The notes: generated by a model not told the origin, from the letters alone. Numbered from the stretch's first letter, positions 47,316 through 56,972 are shown. The stretch: DNA of 64,000 bases from Ignavibacteriales bacterium (GCA_050260105.1 JBLNBR010000008.1:2099-66098); one strand, 5' to 3'. Made by a program: numbers and translations.

Positions 47316-48569
47316 ATGTACCCGGCTAATACGCTCGAAGGGAGTCGACCGGATTTGAAGGAGACGGGCCTGGCGTTCGAGGACATCCAGAAGTACTATA
47401 CCGAAGATGAGGTTGTTCGTCTCACCCAGGATCTCGTGAGGATCCAGAGCCACAGCAAGGCGCCCGGAAGAGAGGCCGGCGTCGTCGAGTACATCCGGGC
47501 GTTTCTCGAGAGGAACGGCCTTGAAGTCAAGACCCAACCGGTGGAAGACGAGCGCTCCAACGTGCTCGGTTTCCTCAGGGGGTCCGGGGGCGGCCGCAGC
47601 CTCATGTTGAACGGCCACCTCGACACCGTGCCCCCGTATGAAATGGATTTCGACCCGTTCGCAGCCGAGATACGGGATGGCAGGATCCTCGGCCGGGGTA
47701 CGGTTGACATGAAGGGCGCTGTCGCCTGCATGCTCATGGCGATGCTCGCGCTCAAGCGGTCGGGCGTCCGCCTCGCAGGCGATCTAGTGTTCGCCGGCGT
47801 TCTTGGGGAGGAAGGCCGTTCCGAGGGCACTGAGGCGCTGGTGATGAGTGGATTCCGCACCGATGGCGCCATCGTCGGGGAACCGTCCAAGTTTGAGTAT
47901 GCTATCGGCCACCGCGGGCTGGAGTGGCTGGAGATCGAGATCACCGGCAAGGCGGCCCACGGGGGTGTTCCCCACCTCGGCATAAACGCCATCGTCCAGG
48001 CGGCGAAGCTCATCCAGAGGATCCAGGAGAAGATCCCTCCCATGCTCGCTAACAGGCAGAACGAGTTCATGGGACCGTCGGTGATGAACTTCGGCACCAT
48101 ATCCGGTGGGACTCAGCCAAGCACCGTGGCTGACCGGTGCGTGATCCAGATCGACAGGAGATACATACCTGGAGAGACGCCGGAATCCCTGATGAAGGAA
48201 TACACCGACATTCTGGACGAACTGGCGGCGGAGGACCCGGCGTTCAAGGCGACCCTGCGTCGCATGGAATCTGGCCGGATGAAGCATCTCTCCCAGGTGC
48301 CTCTCGAGACACCGCCGGACGCGCCGATCGTGCAGGCGGTCGTGTCGGTCTTGAAGACCGCACTGGGGCGAGAACCGGGTATTACCACGAGGCGCGGGTG
48401 GACCGACGCGGGCCTCCTTTCATATTTCGGGAAGATCCCGACGGTGGTGTGCGGGCCCGGGGACATCTCGTACTCCCACTCGAGACACGAGAGCGTTCCC
48501 ATAAGTGACCTCGTGATGGCGGTGGCGGTGTATGCTTCGACGGCGCTGGAGTTCTGCGGCGTAGCCTAA
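47316..48569 (+). CDS. M20-family metallopeptidase/deacylase (ArgE/DapE-like)
   Basis: LMLNGHLDTVP, GRGTVDMKG and GEEG are the M20 metal-binding motifs. Confidence 0.8.
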   Translation: MYPANTLEGSRPDLKETGLAFEDIQKYYTEDEVVRLTQDLVRIQSHSKAPGREAGVVEYIRAFLERNGLEVKTQPVEDERSNVLGFLRGSGGGRSLMLNGHLDTVPPYEMDFDPFAAEIRDGRILGRGTVDMKGAVACMLMAMLALKRSGVRLAGDLVFAGVLGEEGRSEGTEALVMSGFRTDGAIVGEPSKFEYAIGHRGLEWLEIEITGKAAHGGVPHLGINAIVQAAKLIQRIQEKIPPMLANRQNEFMGPSVMNFGTISGGTQPSTVADRCVIQIDRRYIPGETPESLMKEYTDILDELAAEDPAFKATLRRMESGRMKHLSQVPLETPPDAPIVQAVVSVLKTALGREPGITTRRGWTDAGLLSYFGKIPTVVCGPGDISYSHSRHESVPISDLVMAVAVYASTALEFCGVA

Positions 48570-48641
48570 AGCAGAAGCGGGCTATGCACGGCCGGAATAC
48601 GACCTGCATAGCCCGCTGACCTTCGCGCTGCGAGGAATCCC

Positions 48642-49289
48642 CTAGATTCCCTTTCTGAACAGCAGGTAGGAGTATCCGACAGGGAGAATCGCGCCCGCCA
48701 TTACGAACGCGAAGAAGACGCCCGCCGCCGCTGGGCCGTCAAAGGGCAACGTGAGCAGTGAGAGCAGCCCGCCGGCGACCATCGTCTTTGCGCCGAACCG
48801 GTGAGTCCTCCTCCAGTTCTCCTGGCTTGCCAGCGTCCAGGGCGTGCGGAACCCGACGAACCAGTTCTGCTTGATCTTGCCCATCCGGTCCCCCAGGAAG
48901 ACGAAGAGCAGCGAGACGCCCAGCCTCACCAGCAATCCGATGTTCACTGCGTAGCCCAACCCGGCCATGAGCGTTATCAGGTATATGCCGTCCATGAACA
49001 GCACCAGCGCCGCCCTTATCATGCTGTACGACCCGGCGAACTGCTCGTACTTCTTCTTGTGCGGGTCCAGCGACGGGAGTACCTCGAACAGCAGGTAGAA
49101 CCCGAGCGCCATCGCGGGGAAACCGAATACCCCGAACGTCTTGCTGGACCAGCCGTCGACCTCGCCCCTGAAGTTCCAGTGTGTGGGGACCCTGTCCGGA
49201 AGCCTCGGATAGGCCCATATTCCCACCGCAAGGCATGCCAGAGTGACGATTATCAGAAGGGGACTTGGACGAAGCACTCTATTCTTCAT
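48642..49289 (-). CDS. SdpI/YhfL-family membrane protein (toxin-immunity / signal-transduction type)
   Basis: RLPDRVPTHWNFRGEVDGW is the SdpI-family N-terminal motif, followed by 4-6 TM segments. Confidence 0.7.
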   Translation of the reverse strand: MKNRVLRPSPLLIIVTLACLAVGIWAYPRLPDRVPTHWNFRGEVDGWSSKTFGVFGFPAMALGFYLLFEVLPSLDPHKKKYEQFAGSYSMIRAALVLFMDGIYLITLMAGLGYAVNIGLLVRLGVSLLFVFLGDRMGKIKQNWFVGFRTPWTLASQENWRRTHRFGAKTMVAGGLLSLLTLPFDGPAAAGVFFAFVMAGAILPVGYSYLLFRKGI

Positions 49290-49545
49290 GGGTTCCGCGC
49301 CTCCCCGTCATGTTCATTATCCACTTAACGACGTCTTCGAACACGCTTGTGTTCATGCTGTACATCAGGAACTGCCCCTGCTTCTCAACGGATACCAGGC
49401 CCGCTTCTTTCAGTATGTTCAGGTGATGAGATATCGAAGGCTTGGAGATATCAAATCTGTCGGCTATTTCTCCAGCGGTCATGTCACCCTGATTGAGATA
49501 CTCGAGTATCCGGCGCCTGGTGGGATCGGATAGCGCGAAGAAGAT
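49279..49545 (-). CDS. ArsR/SdpR-family transcriptional autorepressor
   Basis: ALSDPTRRRILEYL…ISKPSISHHLNILKEAGLV is the ArsR HTH. The RBS GAAGGGGG lies 9 nt upstream of the ATG (MGNIFF). Overlaps the SdpI-like gene start. Confidence 0.75.
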   Translation of the reverse strand: MFFALSDPTRRRILEYLNQGDMTAGEIADRFDISKPSISHHLNILKEAGLVSVEKQGQFLMYSMNTSVFEDVVKWIMNMTGRRGTHEE

Positions 49546-49715
49546 GTTGCCCATGGCCGGCATCCCCCTTCTCTGTGCGTTGTATGGAGGTGAACATGCT
49601 TTAGACATTTAGCCAAAGGTCTAAATATAGCCTAGAACAGCGCCGGCCACGTGTCAATAGGCGCCGTCAGGAAATCGCAGCCGCCGGCCTTCCCGGGGGC
49701 GGGCGGGTCCAAAGG

Positions 49716-50447
49716 CTATATGGCCGCTGTGAGGAACGCCCCGGCGGCCATGCCCACGATGGCGCCGGATACGAGCGCTGTTTGGAATCTGAGGGTCGTA
49801 CCCTCGGGGAAAAGGCGGGCTGTGACGAACAGCATTGCGCCACCTGCGGCGCCAAGGGATACGGCCAGACCGGTCCTGGAGATGTTTCCCATTATCGCCC
49901 CTGCCAGGGCGCCGGCCGCCATCGGCACCCCGGACGCCGCGGCGGCCACGACGACCGCCAACCGCCGGACGCTCCCGAGGCGGAGCATCGTCGCGAGCGC
50001 CATGCCTTCGGGGACGTCGTGCAGGCCTATGATGATTGCGATCTGAATGCCGAGACGGGCGGTGGCGACGTATCCGGATCCCACGGCGAGACCCTCGGCG
50101 AAGTTGTGGGCAGCGATGCCCAGCCCCACCACCAGACCGGCGTGGACGTATTGCGGCGACCTGCCGGGTTGCGGGGTATCGGGGCGCGGGATCAGGAAGT
50201 CTGTGAGCATCATGAGACCCATACCCGCCAGTGCGCCTGCGACGCCGGGTAGCGGCGCCGCAGTCAGGGATTCGGGGATCAGGTCGAAGACGGTCACGGA
50301 GAACATCATGCCTCCGGAGAAGCCAACCATCGTGGCAAACGCCCTGCGATCGGGTTTGCGCCAGACCGCTGCCAGGACGCCCCCGAGTCCGGTGCCCGCG
50401 ATGCCCGATATGGTTCCTAGGATGACCGCGGCAACAATCCCCGTCAT
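49716..50447 (-). CDS. ZIP-family divalent metal (zinc) transporter (ZupT-like)
   Basis: HNFAEGLAVG and HDVPEGMA are the ZIP signature motifs. Confidence 0.8.
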   Translation of the reverse strand: MTGIVAAVILGTISGIAGTGLGGVLAAVWRKPDRRAFATMVGFSGGMMFSVTVFDLIPESLTAAPLPGVAGALAGMGLMMLTDFLIPRPDTPQPGRSPQYVHAGLVVGLGIAAHNFAEGLAVGSGYVATARLGIQIAIIIGLHDVPEGMALATMLRLGSVRRLAVVVAAAASGVPMAAGALAGAIMGNISRTGLAVSLGAAGGAMLFVTARLFPEGTTLRFQTALVSGAIVGMAAGAFLTAAI

Positions 50448-50564
50448 TCATGCACCAGCTTCCCGTCTTCAAAAGGCTATTTCCCACGGAGGAGTTTTAG
50501 GAAGACGGATCCGGCTGGTGTGGACCCTAGAGGGGGACCAGGAGAGAGGGTCACGGAAGACTGC

Positions 50565-50588
50565 GCCGGTGTTCAGGCCGGTGTTCAG
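50565..50588. repeat. Perfect 2 x 12-bp tandem direct repeat GCCGGTGTTCAG in the leader region of the ZIP transporter gene
   Basis: Read directly. Lies between the ferredoxin stop and the ZIP start on the minus strand. Confidence 0.7.
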
Positions 50589-50597
50589 TCAGGCAAC

Positions 50598-50780
50598 CTA
50601 CTCCACCGTTATGGCCCCGACGGGGCATGAGTCCGCGGCTTCTTGGGCGCAGCCCGCGCTGTAGTCGGCGTCGTCCTTCACGCGGGCTTTTTCGCTATCC
50701 CCAATCTCGAAGACGCCGGGACATATCTCCGGGCAGAGACCACAACTGATGCACAGGTCCTTGTCGACCATGGCCTTCAA
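50598..50780 (-). CDS. Small 4Fe-4S ferredoxin
   Basis: CISCGLCPEICP … CAQEAADSCP. 60 aa. Confidence 0.7.
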   Translation of the reverse strand: MKAMVDKDLCISCGLCPEICPGVFEIGDSEKARVKDDADYSAGCAQEAADSCPVGAITVE

Positions 50781-50974
50781 AGCGACTACCTCCCGGCATA
50801 GGTTTGTCCGCGGGGCCGGTCGTTATTCGGAAGATAGCGGGCAAGCCGTCACACGAACAAGATCGCGCGCTGGCCGGACAGCGTGCAAGATAGCATGCAA
50901 GCACCCCGGCGGACATGCTATCATTGTAGGTGGTGGCGAGCGGGGAGATACCAGGAAACCATGGGGGTAGAACG

Positions 50975-51436
50975 ATGCACGGTCGCATTGTGGCTGTCTG
51001 CCGCAGCGAGACGAAGGGTGTGAGGAAAGCCGACATTGGCTCTGGCACGCTCAAGGAAGGATTTGGCCTGGAAGGGGACGCGCACGGCGGGGACTGGCAC
51101 CGCCAGGTCAGCCTGCTGTCGGTGAGCAGCATAGAGAAGATGAGATCGCAGGGACTCGACGTGGGTCCCGGCGATTTCGCGGAGAACCTTACGGTGGAAG
51201 GCCTGGACGTTTGGACCCTCCCCGTCGGGACGCGCCTGAGCGTGGGCGGCGCTCTGCTCGAGGTGACCCAGATCGGCAAGGAGTGCCACGCGGGATGCGA
51301 GATATTTCGCAAGGTCGGGCATTGCGTGATGCCCCGCGAGGGAATCTTTGCCAGGGTGCTGAAGAGCGGGCGTGTGAGCAACGGGGATCTGCTCGTCGCA
51401 GGTGACGAGATAGCTGTGGAGCGGGATGAGAGTTGA
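50975..51436 (+). CDS. MOSC-domain protein
   Basis: RIVAVCRSETKGVRK…GLEGDAHGGDWHRQVSLLS…LLEVTQIGKECH matches the MOSC beta-barrel pattern. Confidence 0.7.
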   Translation: MHGRIVAVCRSETKGVRKADIGSGTLKEGFGLEGDAHGGDWHRQVSLLSVSSIEKMRSQGLDVGPGDFAENLTVEGLDVWTLPVGTRLSVGGALLEVTQIGKECHAGCEIFRKVGHCVMPREGIFARVLKSGRVSNGDLLVAGDEIAVERDES

Positions 51437-51771
51437 CCGATCGCAGGATCATCTTCGCCGTATTGCTGATAGCAGGTGCTCTGTGGCTGGGCCTTGGTTA
51501 CGTGGGGGGTTACCGCGGGGAAGTGGTGGTCGTCAACGTCCAAGGGGTCGACGTGGAACGGTTGCCGCTCGAGCCCGCGCGTGAGCCTGTGAACAGGACC
51601 GTGCAAGGCGCCATAGGGCGAAGTACCTTCGAGATATCCGGAGGGAGGGTGAGAATGATCTCGTCGGACTGTCCCGACAAGGTGTGTGTGAAGATGGGCT
51701 GGATATCGCAAGCGGGGCAAGTGATCGTCTGCCTGCCCAACCGGGTCATTCTCAAGGTGGAGCCGCGTTGA
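51433..51771 (+). CDS. NusG-domain-II-containing small membrane-anchored protein
   Basis: N-terminal TM plus a beta-rich domain. Conserved partnership with the following Gx-transporter-family gene. Confidence 0.55.
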   Translation: MTDRRIIFAVLLIAGALWLGLGYVGGYRGEVVVVNVQGVDVERLPLEPAREPVNRTVQGAIGRSTFEISGGRVRMISSDCPDKVCVKMGWISQAGQVIVCLPNRVILKVEPR

Positions 51772-52331
51772 TCCGGGTCAGCACTTTCACGCTGGTGTAC
51801 CTGTCCATCCTGACGGCGCTCGCGACCGCCCTTCACGCCTTCGAAGCGTCGCTCCCTGTGCCATACCTTTTTCCGGGGGCGAAGCTGGGACTAGCCAATA
51901 TCGTCGGGCTGCACGTCATTCTTACGCATGGAACGGCGGCCGCTCTTGTCGTGACCGGCCTGAGGGCCGTCATCGGGAGCCTCGTGAGCGGCACCCTTTT
52001 CGGTATGGGATTCGCGCTGAGCCTATCAGGGGGGATGACCAGCACCGCTGTGATGGGCCTGTTGGCGGGCCTGACGCGAGCGCCTCGTGCGTCCGGCTCA
52101 CCCGGCCCGGTCGGAATAAGCGTTGCTGGTGCGGTTACGCACAACATGACTCAACTTGCGGTCGCCGCCCTAATCACGCGGCAGCCGGGGATCGTGTTCT
52201 ACCTGCCTGTGTTGCTGTTTTTCGCTGTACCCACCGGCGCGCTGGTGGGTCTCGTGGCCGGGAAGATGAAGCCGCTCGAAGCGATTGTCCGCGCGTTGTT
52301 GGACTCCAGGCGCCCCTCGCCTGGGGATTGA
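51768..52331 (+). CDS. Gx transporter family / heptaprenyl diphosphate synthase component I-like membrane protein (TTG start)
   Basis: LIRVSTFTLVYLSILTALATALHAFEASLPVPYLFPGAKLGLANI. Overlaps the upstream stop. Confidence 0.6.
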   Translation: MIRVSTFTLVYLSILTALATALHAFEASLPVPYLFPGAKLGLANIVGLHVILTHGTAAALVVTGLRAVIGSLVSGTLFGMGFALSLSGGMTSTAVMGLLAGLTRAPRASGSPGPVGISVAGAVTHNMTQLAVAALITRQPGIVFYLPVLLFFAVPTGALVGLVAGKMKPLEAIVRALLDSRRPSPGD

Positions 52332-52362
52332 GGGGCGGACGTTGAGAATGGGGTGAAACGTA

Positions 52363-53004
52363 ATGCGGATGAGGAAACCGCCGGATGTGGTGATCAGGAG
52401 ACTGGCCATGTACTTGAGGCTACTCGAGGAACATGAATACTATCTCGGCCAGTATATCTCGTCACACGAACTTGGGGAGCTGGCCGGGGTGACCTCCGCC
52501 CAGATTCGTAAGGACCTGGACATGTTCGGTGAGTTCGGGAAGCAGGGGGTGGGCTACCCCGTGCGCGAGCTCAAGCGGCAACTCATACATATCCTCAAGG
52601 TGGACAGGCCCTCGAACATTGCCATCATAGGCATCGGCGAACTGGGCTCCGCGTTTGCCCGGTATCTTACCAGAGACCCCGCCGGAAGGAAGGGCGAGGG
52701 GGCCAGCGCGTTCCGCGTCGCTGCCCTTCTTGACGTTGACCCCGGCAAAGTCGGCCAGTCAGTCGCGGGGCTTCCCATCTATCATCTCGACGACCTCGAG
52801 GCCAGGGTCAAGGAAATGGATATCAAGATCGCGCTTCTCACAGTGCCGGCCCCCGTGGCGCAGAGCGTCCTCGACAGGGGGATCGAGGCGGGGATCAGGC
52901 TTTTCATCAACTTCGCGCCTGTCAGGCTCAAGGCGCCGGAGGACGTGATAGTCAATCATGCCGATGTGAGCCTGGAGCTCCACCAGCTGGGCTATTACCT
53001 GTAG
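52363..53004 (+). CDS. rex: Redox-sensing transcriptional repressor Rex
   Basis: VIRRLAMYLRLL winged-helix N-terminus, NAD-binding Rossmann motif IAIIGIGELG, and overall Rex layout. Confidence 0.8.
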   Translation: MRMRKPPDVVIRRLAMYLRLLEEHEYYLGQYISSHELGELAGVTSAQIRKDLDMFGEFGKQGVGYPVRELKRQLIHILKVDRPSNIAIIGIGELGSAFARYLTRDPAGRKGEGASAFRVAALLDVDPGKVGQSVAGLPIYHLDDLEARVKEMDIKIALLTVPAPVAQSVLDRGIEAGIRLFINFAPVRLKAPEDVIVNHADVSLELHQLGYYL

Positions 53005-53033
53005 TCTGGGAGTCACCCGATGTCGCCCTGCTC

Positions 53034-54233
53034 ATGGTCGTCATGCGGGCGCCGGGAATGATTAGTGCGAAGGGGGCGTCAGCGTTGGACTTCGTTCTTA
53101 GTGAGGAGCACGAAAGCATTAAGAAATCGGTGCGGGACGTGGTCGACAGGGCCATCGGGCCCAGGGCTCAGGCGCTCGACATTTCCGGGGAATTCCCGTG
53201 GGAAAACGCAAAAGCCCTGGCGGACTTGGGATATTTCGGGCTGCATGTTCCGGAGGAATACGGTGGCGCCGGCCTCGATTCACTGGCGCTGGCTCTCGTG
53301 ATCGAGGAAATCGCGAGGGGATGCGCCTCGACCGCGCTGATGTATGAGGTCCACTGCAGCCTGTGCTCGGAATCCATCCTCAAGTTCGGGACGGAGGATC
53401 AGAAGCGCAGGTACCTGCCCATGCTCGCTTCAGGTAAGGCGCTCGGAGCGTTTGCGCTGACCGAGCCGGGGGCCGGCTCGGACGCCGGGTCCCTCAGAAC
53501 GGTGGCGACCCTGGACGGGGAACATTACGTTCTCGACGGTCAGAAATGCTTCATCACAAACGGCAACACCGCTGGTGTGCTCGTGGTTTTTGCTCTCACC
53601 GACAAGGCCAAGGGCGTGAAGGGGATCAGCGCGTTCATTGTGGAGAAGGGCTTCCCAGGGTTCAAGACGGGGCGCGTCGAGGACAAGATGGGCCTCCGCG
53701 CGTCGTCCGCGGCCGAGCTGTTTTTCGATAAGTGCGTCGTCCCGAAGGAAAACCTCCTCGGCAAGGAGGGCGAGGGCTTCAAGATAGCCATGACATCGCT
53801 GGACGAGGGCCGGATCGGCGTCGCCGCGCAGGCGACCGGTATAGCGCAGGCGGCGCTCGAGGCCGCCGCGAGGTACGCGAAGCAGAGGGTCCAGTTCAAC
53901 CAGCCGATAGCCGGCTTCCAGGCCATCCAGTTCATGCTGGCCGAAATGGCCACGGACATCGAGGCGGCGCGGACCATGTACCAGAGGGCCGCCTGGATGC
54001 GTTCCCAGGGGATGAGATGCACGACGGAAGCGGCGATGGCGAAGATGTTCGCCTCCTCGATGGCGGTGCAGCACTGCATCAAGGCCATACAGATCCACGG
54101 CGGCTACGGCTACATGAGGGAGTACAACGTCGAGAGGTATCTCAGGGACGCAAAGGTCACCGAGATTTACGAGGGGACCAACGAGATCATGAAGATGATT
54201 GTCTCGGGGCAGGTACTCCGGGACATCTCGTGA
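53034..54233 (+). CDS. Acyl-CoA dehydrogenase (short/medium chain, butyryl-CoA dehydrogenase-like)
   Basis: ALTEPGAGSDAGS and QIHGGYGYMREYNVERYLRDAKVTEIYEGTNEI (catalytic Glu region). Confidence 0.85.
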   Translation: MVVMRAPGMISAKGASALDFVLSEEHESIKKSVRDVVDRAIGPRAQALDISGEFPWENAKALADLGYFGLHVPEEYGGAGLDSLALALVIEEIARGCASTALMYEVHCSLCSESILKFGTEDQKRRYLPMLASGKALGAFALTEPGAGSDAGSLRTVATLDGEHYVLDGQKCFITNGNTAGVLVVFALTDKAKGVKGISAFIVEKGFPGFKTGRVEDKMGLRASSAAELFFDKCVVPKENLLGKEGEGFKIAMTSLDEGRIGVAAQATGIAQAALEAAARYAKQRVQFNQPIAGFQAIQFMLAEMATDIEAARTMYQRAAWMRSQGMRCTTEAAMAKMFASSMAVQHCIKAIQIHGGYGYMREYNVERYLRDAKVTEIYEGTNEIMKMIVSGQVLRDIS

Positions 54234-54385
54234 GGGCTCCGCAACTGGGGGACGCGGGGAAAGCGGCCGCCGAAGGGTAGCGCCGATATCAGAGAGAGCG
54301 TTCGGGTTTTGTCTGTGACAAGTCGAAGGTAACAATCCGATGACATCGAAACTAGTAGGTGTGAAGCATCGATGGATAACTTCGG

Positions 54386-56023
54386 GTGAAGAATGTGAAG
54401 ACCACGCAGTGTGGGAGAAAAGGCCGGGATGTCTCCCGAATCATGCGACGGGTGCCATCCAAGAACACGTCTCCGGAGATGTTGCTGAGGAGGGCCTTGT
54501 GGTCTTCGGGCCTCAGATACCGAGTCTGCTTCGCGGCGCTGTCTGGACACCCGGACATAGTGTTCCCCTGTGCTCGTCTGGCGGTTTTCGTCGACGGTGA
54601 CTATTGGCATGGCGGCCAGTGGAAGAAGAGGAACCTCACCGCGCTGGAGGATCAGTTCTCGAGGACGGAGTCGCGAGACTACTGGCTGTACAAGATTCGC
54701 CGCAACATGTGTCGTGACTCGTCCGTGACTGCCGAGCTGCTCGCGGACGGTTGGACGGTGCTTCGTTTCTGGGAGAGCGATATCCGGCGCGACCTCGAAG
54801 GGTGTGTGCGGATGGTGGTGGATGCGGTAAGGAACGGCACAAGCCCGAGCGGGTTGGCCATTGGGCCATCCAAGACCGTAGCTGAGTTCTTCGCAGGGAT
54901 CGGCCTAATGCGGATGGGGTTGGAGAAAAAGGGCTGGCGTGTTCTGTTCGCCAATGATATCGAACCGCAGAAGTATGACATGTATAAGGGCCACTTCGAC
55001 GACTACCCAGGCCACTTCGTGTTGGGCGATGTACACCACTTGACAGAGGCCCAGGTTCCCACTGTCACACTCGCGACCGCCTCGTTCCCGTGTAATGATT
55101 TGTCTCTTGCCGGAGCAAGACGCGGGCTTTGCGGAAGACAATCCTCCGCCTTCTGGGGGTTCATGCGAGTGATCGAGGACATGGGGGCCAGGAAGCCACT
55201 CATAGTGCTCCTCGAAAACGTGACCGGTTTCCTGACGTCGCACGCGGGAGACGATTTCCGGAGCGCGCTACTTGAACTCAACAGGCTGAATTACGTTGTG
55301 GACGCGATTATTCTGGACGCCGCCAACTTCGTTCCCCAGAGCAGACAGAGGCTCTTTGTTGTGGCGGTTCAGGAGGACAACAGGGCCTACGAGATAGCTC
55401 GGGAACCGCGCCGGTTCTTTGAGAGTGAAGTCAGACCGAAGGCGTTAGCCGATTTCATCCTCAATAACCCGGAGATTCGCTGGAGAATACGCGATTTGCC
55501 GTCGCCACCTCCGTGCAACAGTAGTCTTGAATCGATACTGGAAGACCTTCCGAGCGACGCCCCTGAGTGGTGGAGTAGGCAACGGGCGGTTTATCTTCTG
55601 AACCAGATGAGTCCTCGCCATCGCCAGACTGCTGAGCGCATGATATCTTCAGACAAGGTGTCGTATGGGACTGTGTTCCGCCGGATCCGTGGTGGCAGGT
55701 CCGTGGCCGAGTTGAGAACTGATGGGATCGCGGGATGTCTGAGGACTCCTAGAGGCGGGAGCGGAAGACAGATTCTGTTTCAAGCGGGCAAGGGATCGTA
55801 TGCGGTGAGGCTTCTCACTCCGAGGGAGTGCGCGAGACTCATGGGGGCCGCCGATTTCCGCATCACTGTCCCGATGAACCAAGCCCTCTTCGGCTTCGGC
55901 GACGCTGTCTGTGTACCGGTCATTGAATGGATCGCGGAACACTACCTGAACCCGCTGGTGAACGAGATGATGCGGGGACGCCCCCTCCGAGTTGAGGGAA
56001 GGATGCAAGCGTATGGAGGCTAG
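54386..56023 (+). CDS. Single-polypeptide fusion: Vsr-type very-short-patch-repair endonuclease (N-terminal ~150 aa) plus DNA (cytosine-5)-methyltransferase
   Basis: Vsr signature: SKNTSPE…PDIVFPCARLAVFVDGDYWHG…WTVLRFWES. m5C-MTase motifs: I FAGIGL, IV FPCNDLSLAG, VI ENVTGF, VIII QSRQRLFVVAV, X GDAVCVPV. One uninterrupted ORF. Confidence 0.8.
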   Translation: MKNVKTTQCGRKGRDVSRIMRRVPSKNTSPEMLLRRALWSSGLRYRVCFAALSGHPDIVFPCARLAVFVDGDYWHGGQWKKRNLTALEDQFSRTESRDYWLYKIRRNMCRDSSVTAELLADGWTVLRFWESDIRRDLEGCVRMVVDAVRNGTSPSGLAIGPSKTVAEFFAGIGLMRMGLEKKGWRVLFANDIEPQKYDMYKGHFDDYPGHFVLGDVHHLTEAQVPTVTLATASFPCNDLSLAGARRGLCGRQSSAFWGFMRVIEDMGARKPLIVLLENVTGFLTSHAGDDFRSALLELNRLNYVVDAIILDAANFVPQSRQRLFVVAVQEDNRAYEIAREPRRFFESEVRPKALADFILNNPEIRWRIRDLPSPPPCNSSLESILEDLPSDAPEWWSRQRAVYLLNQMSPRHRQTAERMISSDKVSYGTVFRRIRGGRSVAELRTDGIAGCLRTPRGGSGRQILFQAGKGSYAVRLLTPRECARLMGAADFRITVPMNQALFGFGDAVCVPVIEWIAEHYLNPLVNEMMRGRPLRVEGRMQAYGG

Positions 56024-56972
56024 GCTTCAGGCTGTGAAGGCGCTTGCATTATGGTACGAAACGCTCCCACGCAGAGCCGGAGGTTTTCCTGCCCGCGGGA
56101 CAATTGCGACGGCTCTGGTCGTGCTTGATAGGTTGAAAGACACCTACGATCTTAGACTCGAATCGCACCGAGCCTCGGGGAAATCACAGATAAGATCTGC
56201 GAGCGGCGCAGCAGTGTCTCGGATACTTGCCAGGTTTGGGGAGAAGAGACCGTTTCTCAAGGAGGGTGGGCGAACCAACCGTGGCGCGCCGGGGGACATC
56301 GCCGGAATGCTGCAGTCGCTGCGATCGTGTAATCTACACCTACTTGAAGAAGGTGAAAGAGTCGAAGTTCTTGAGGCGCTCCAGCAGTTCTTGACCGAGA
56401 GGGTCAGGGATTATCATAACAGACAACGCCTGAGAGTCTACTATGATGCTTCGACAACCACCTGGAAAGCCGTACGCGACCTTTTGGAGACGGCCAGGCA
56501 GAGCGGCAAGGACGCGCCTGTCGCGCAATACCTCGTTGGGGCCAAGCTGAAGATTCGCTTCCCCGACATAAACGTCGAGAATGAATCATATAGCACAGCT
56601 GACGACCAGCTTGGCCGGCCAGGTGACTTTGTCATTGGGGATACCGTCTTCCATGTTACCGTTAGGCCAACCCCGGCACTGTACGAGAAATGCAGAGAGA
56701 ACGTCAGTCAGGGCTTCAGGGTGTATCTTCTGGTCCCTGATTCGTGCGTTCTTGGGGCCAGGCAGAACGCTGAAGCAACACTTCCGGGGAAAGTGGCCGT
56801 AGAATCCGTAGAGTCTTTCGTTTCGCAGAACATCGAAGAAATCTCGGCCTTCAGGCGGGATCGCGTAACCGATGGACTGGGCCGGCTCTTGCAGGTGTAC
56901 AATGAGAGGGTTAATGCGGTCGAGACAGACAAGTCTTTGCTGTTGGAGATCCCCCGCAACCTTCGCCCCTGA
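56013..56972 (+). CDS. Putative restriction endonuclease (PD-(D/E)xK-like) partnered with the upstream methyltransferase
   Basis: DFVIGDTVFHVTV…YEKCR is a D…E-x-K-like triad. Translationally coupled to the MTase (overlap). No other family recognised. Confidence 0.35.
   Translation: MEARLQAVKALALWYETLPRRAGGFPARGTIATALVVLDRLKDTYDLRLESHRASGKSQIRSASGAAVSRILARFGEKRPFLKEGGRTNRGAPGDIAGMLQSLRSCNLHLLEEGERVEVLEALQQFLTERVRDYHNRQRLRVYYDASTTTWKAVRDLLETARQSGKDAPVAQYLVGAKLKIRFPDINVENESYSTADDQLGRPGDFVIGDTVFHVTVRPTPALYEKCRENVSQGFRVYLLVPDSCVLGARQNAEATLPGKVAVESVESFVSQNIEEISAFRRDRVTDGLGRLLQVYNERVNAVETDKSLLLEIPRNLRP

Noticed and set aside
49654-50487. 277-aa minus-strand ORF rich in Arg/Gly/Pro overlapping the ZIP transporter gene.
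   Set aside because: The alternative frame (49716-50447) carries the ZIP signature motifs HNFAEGLAVG/HDVPEGMA and TM periodicity. The long ORF is low-complexity GC-driven.
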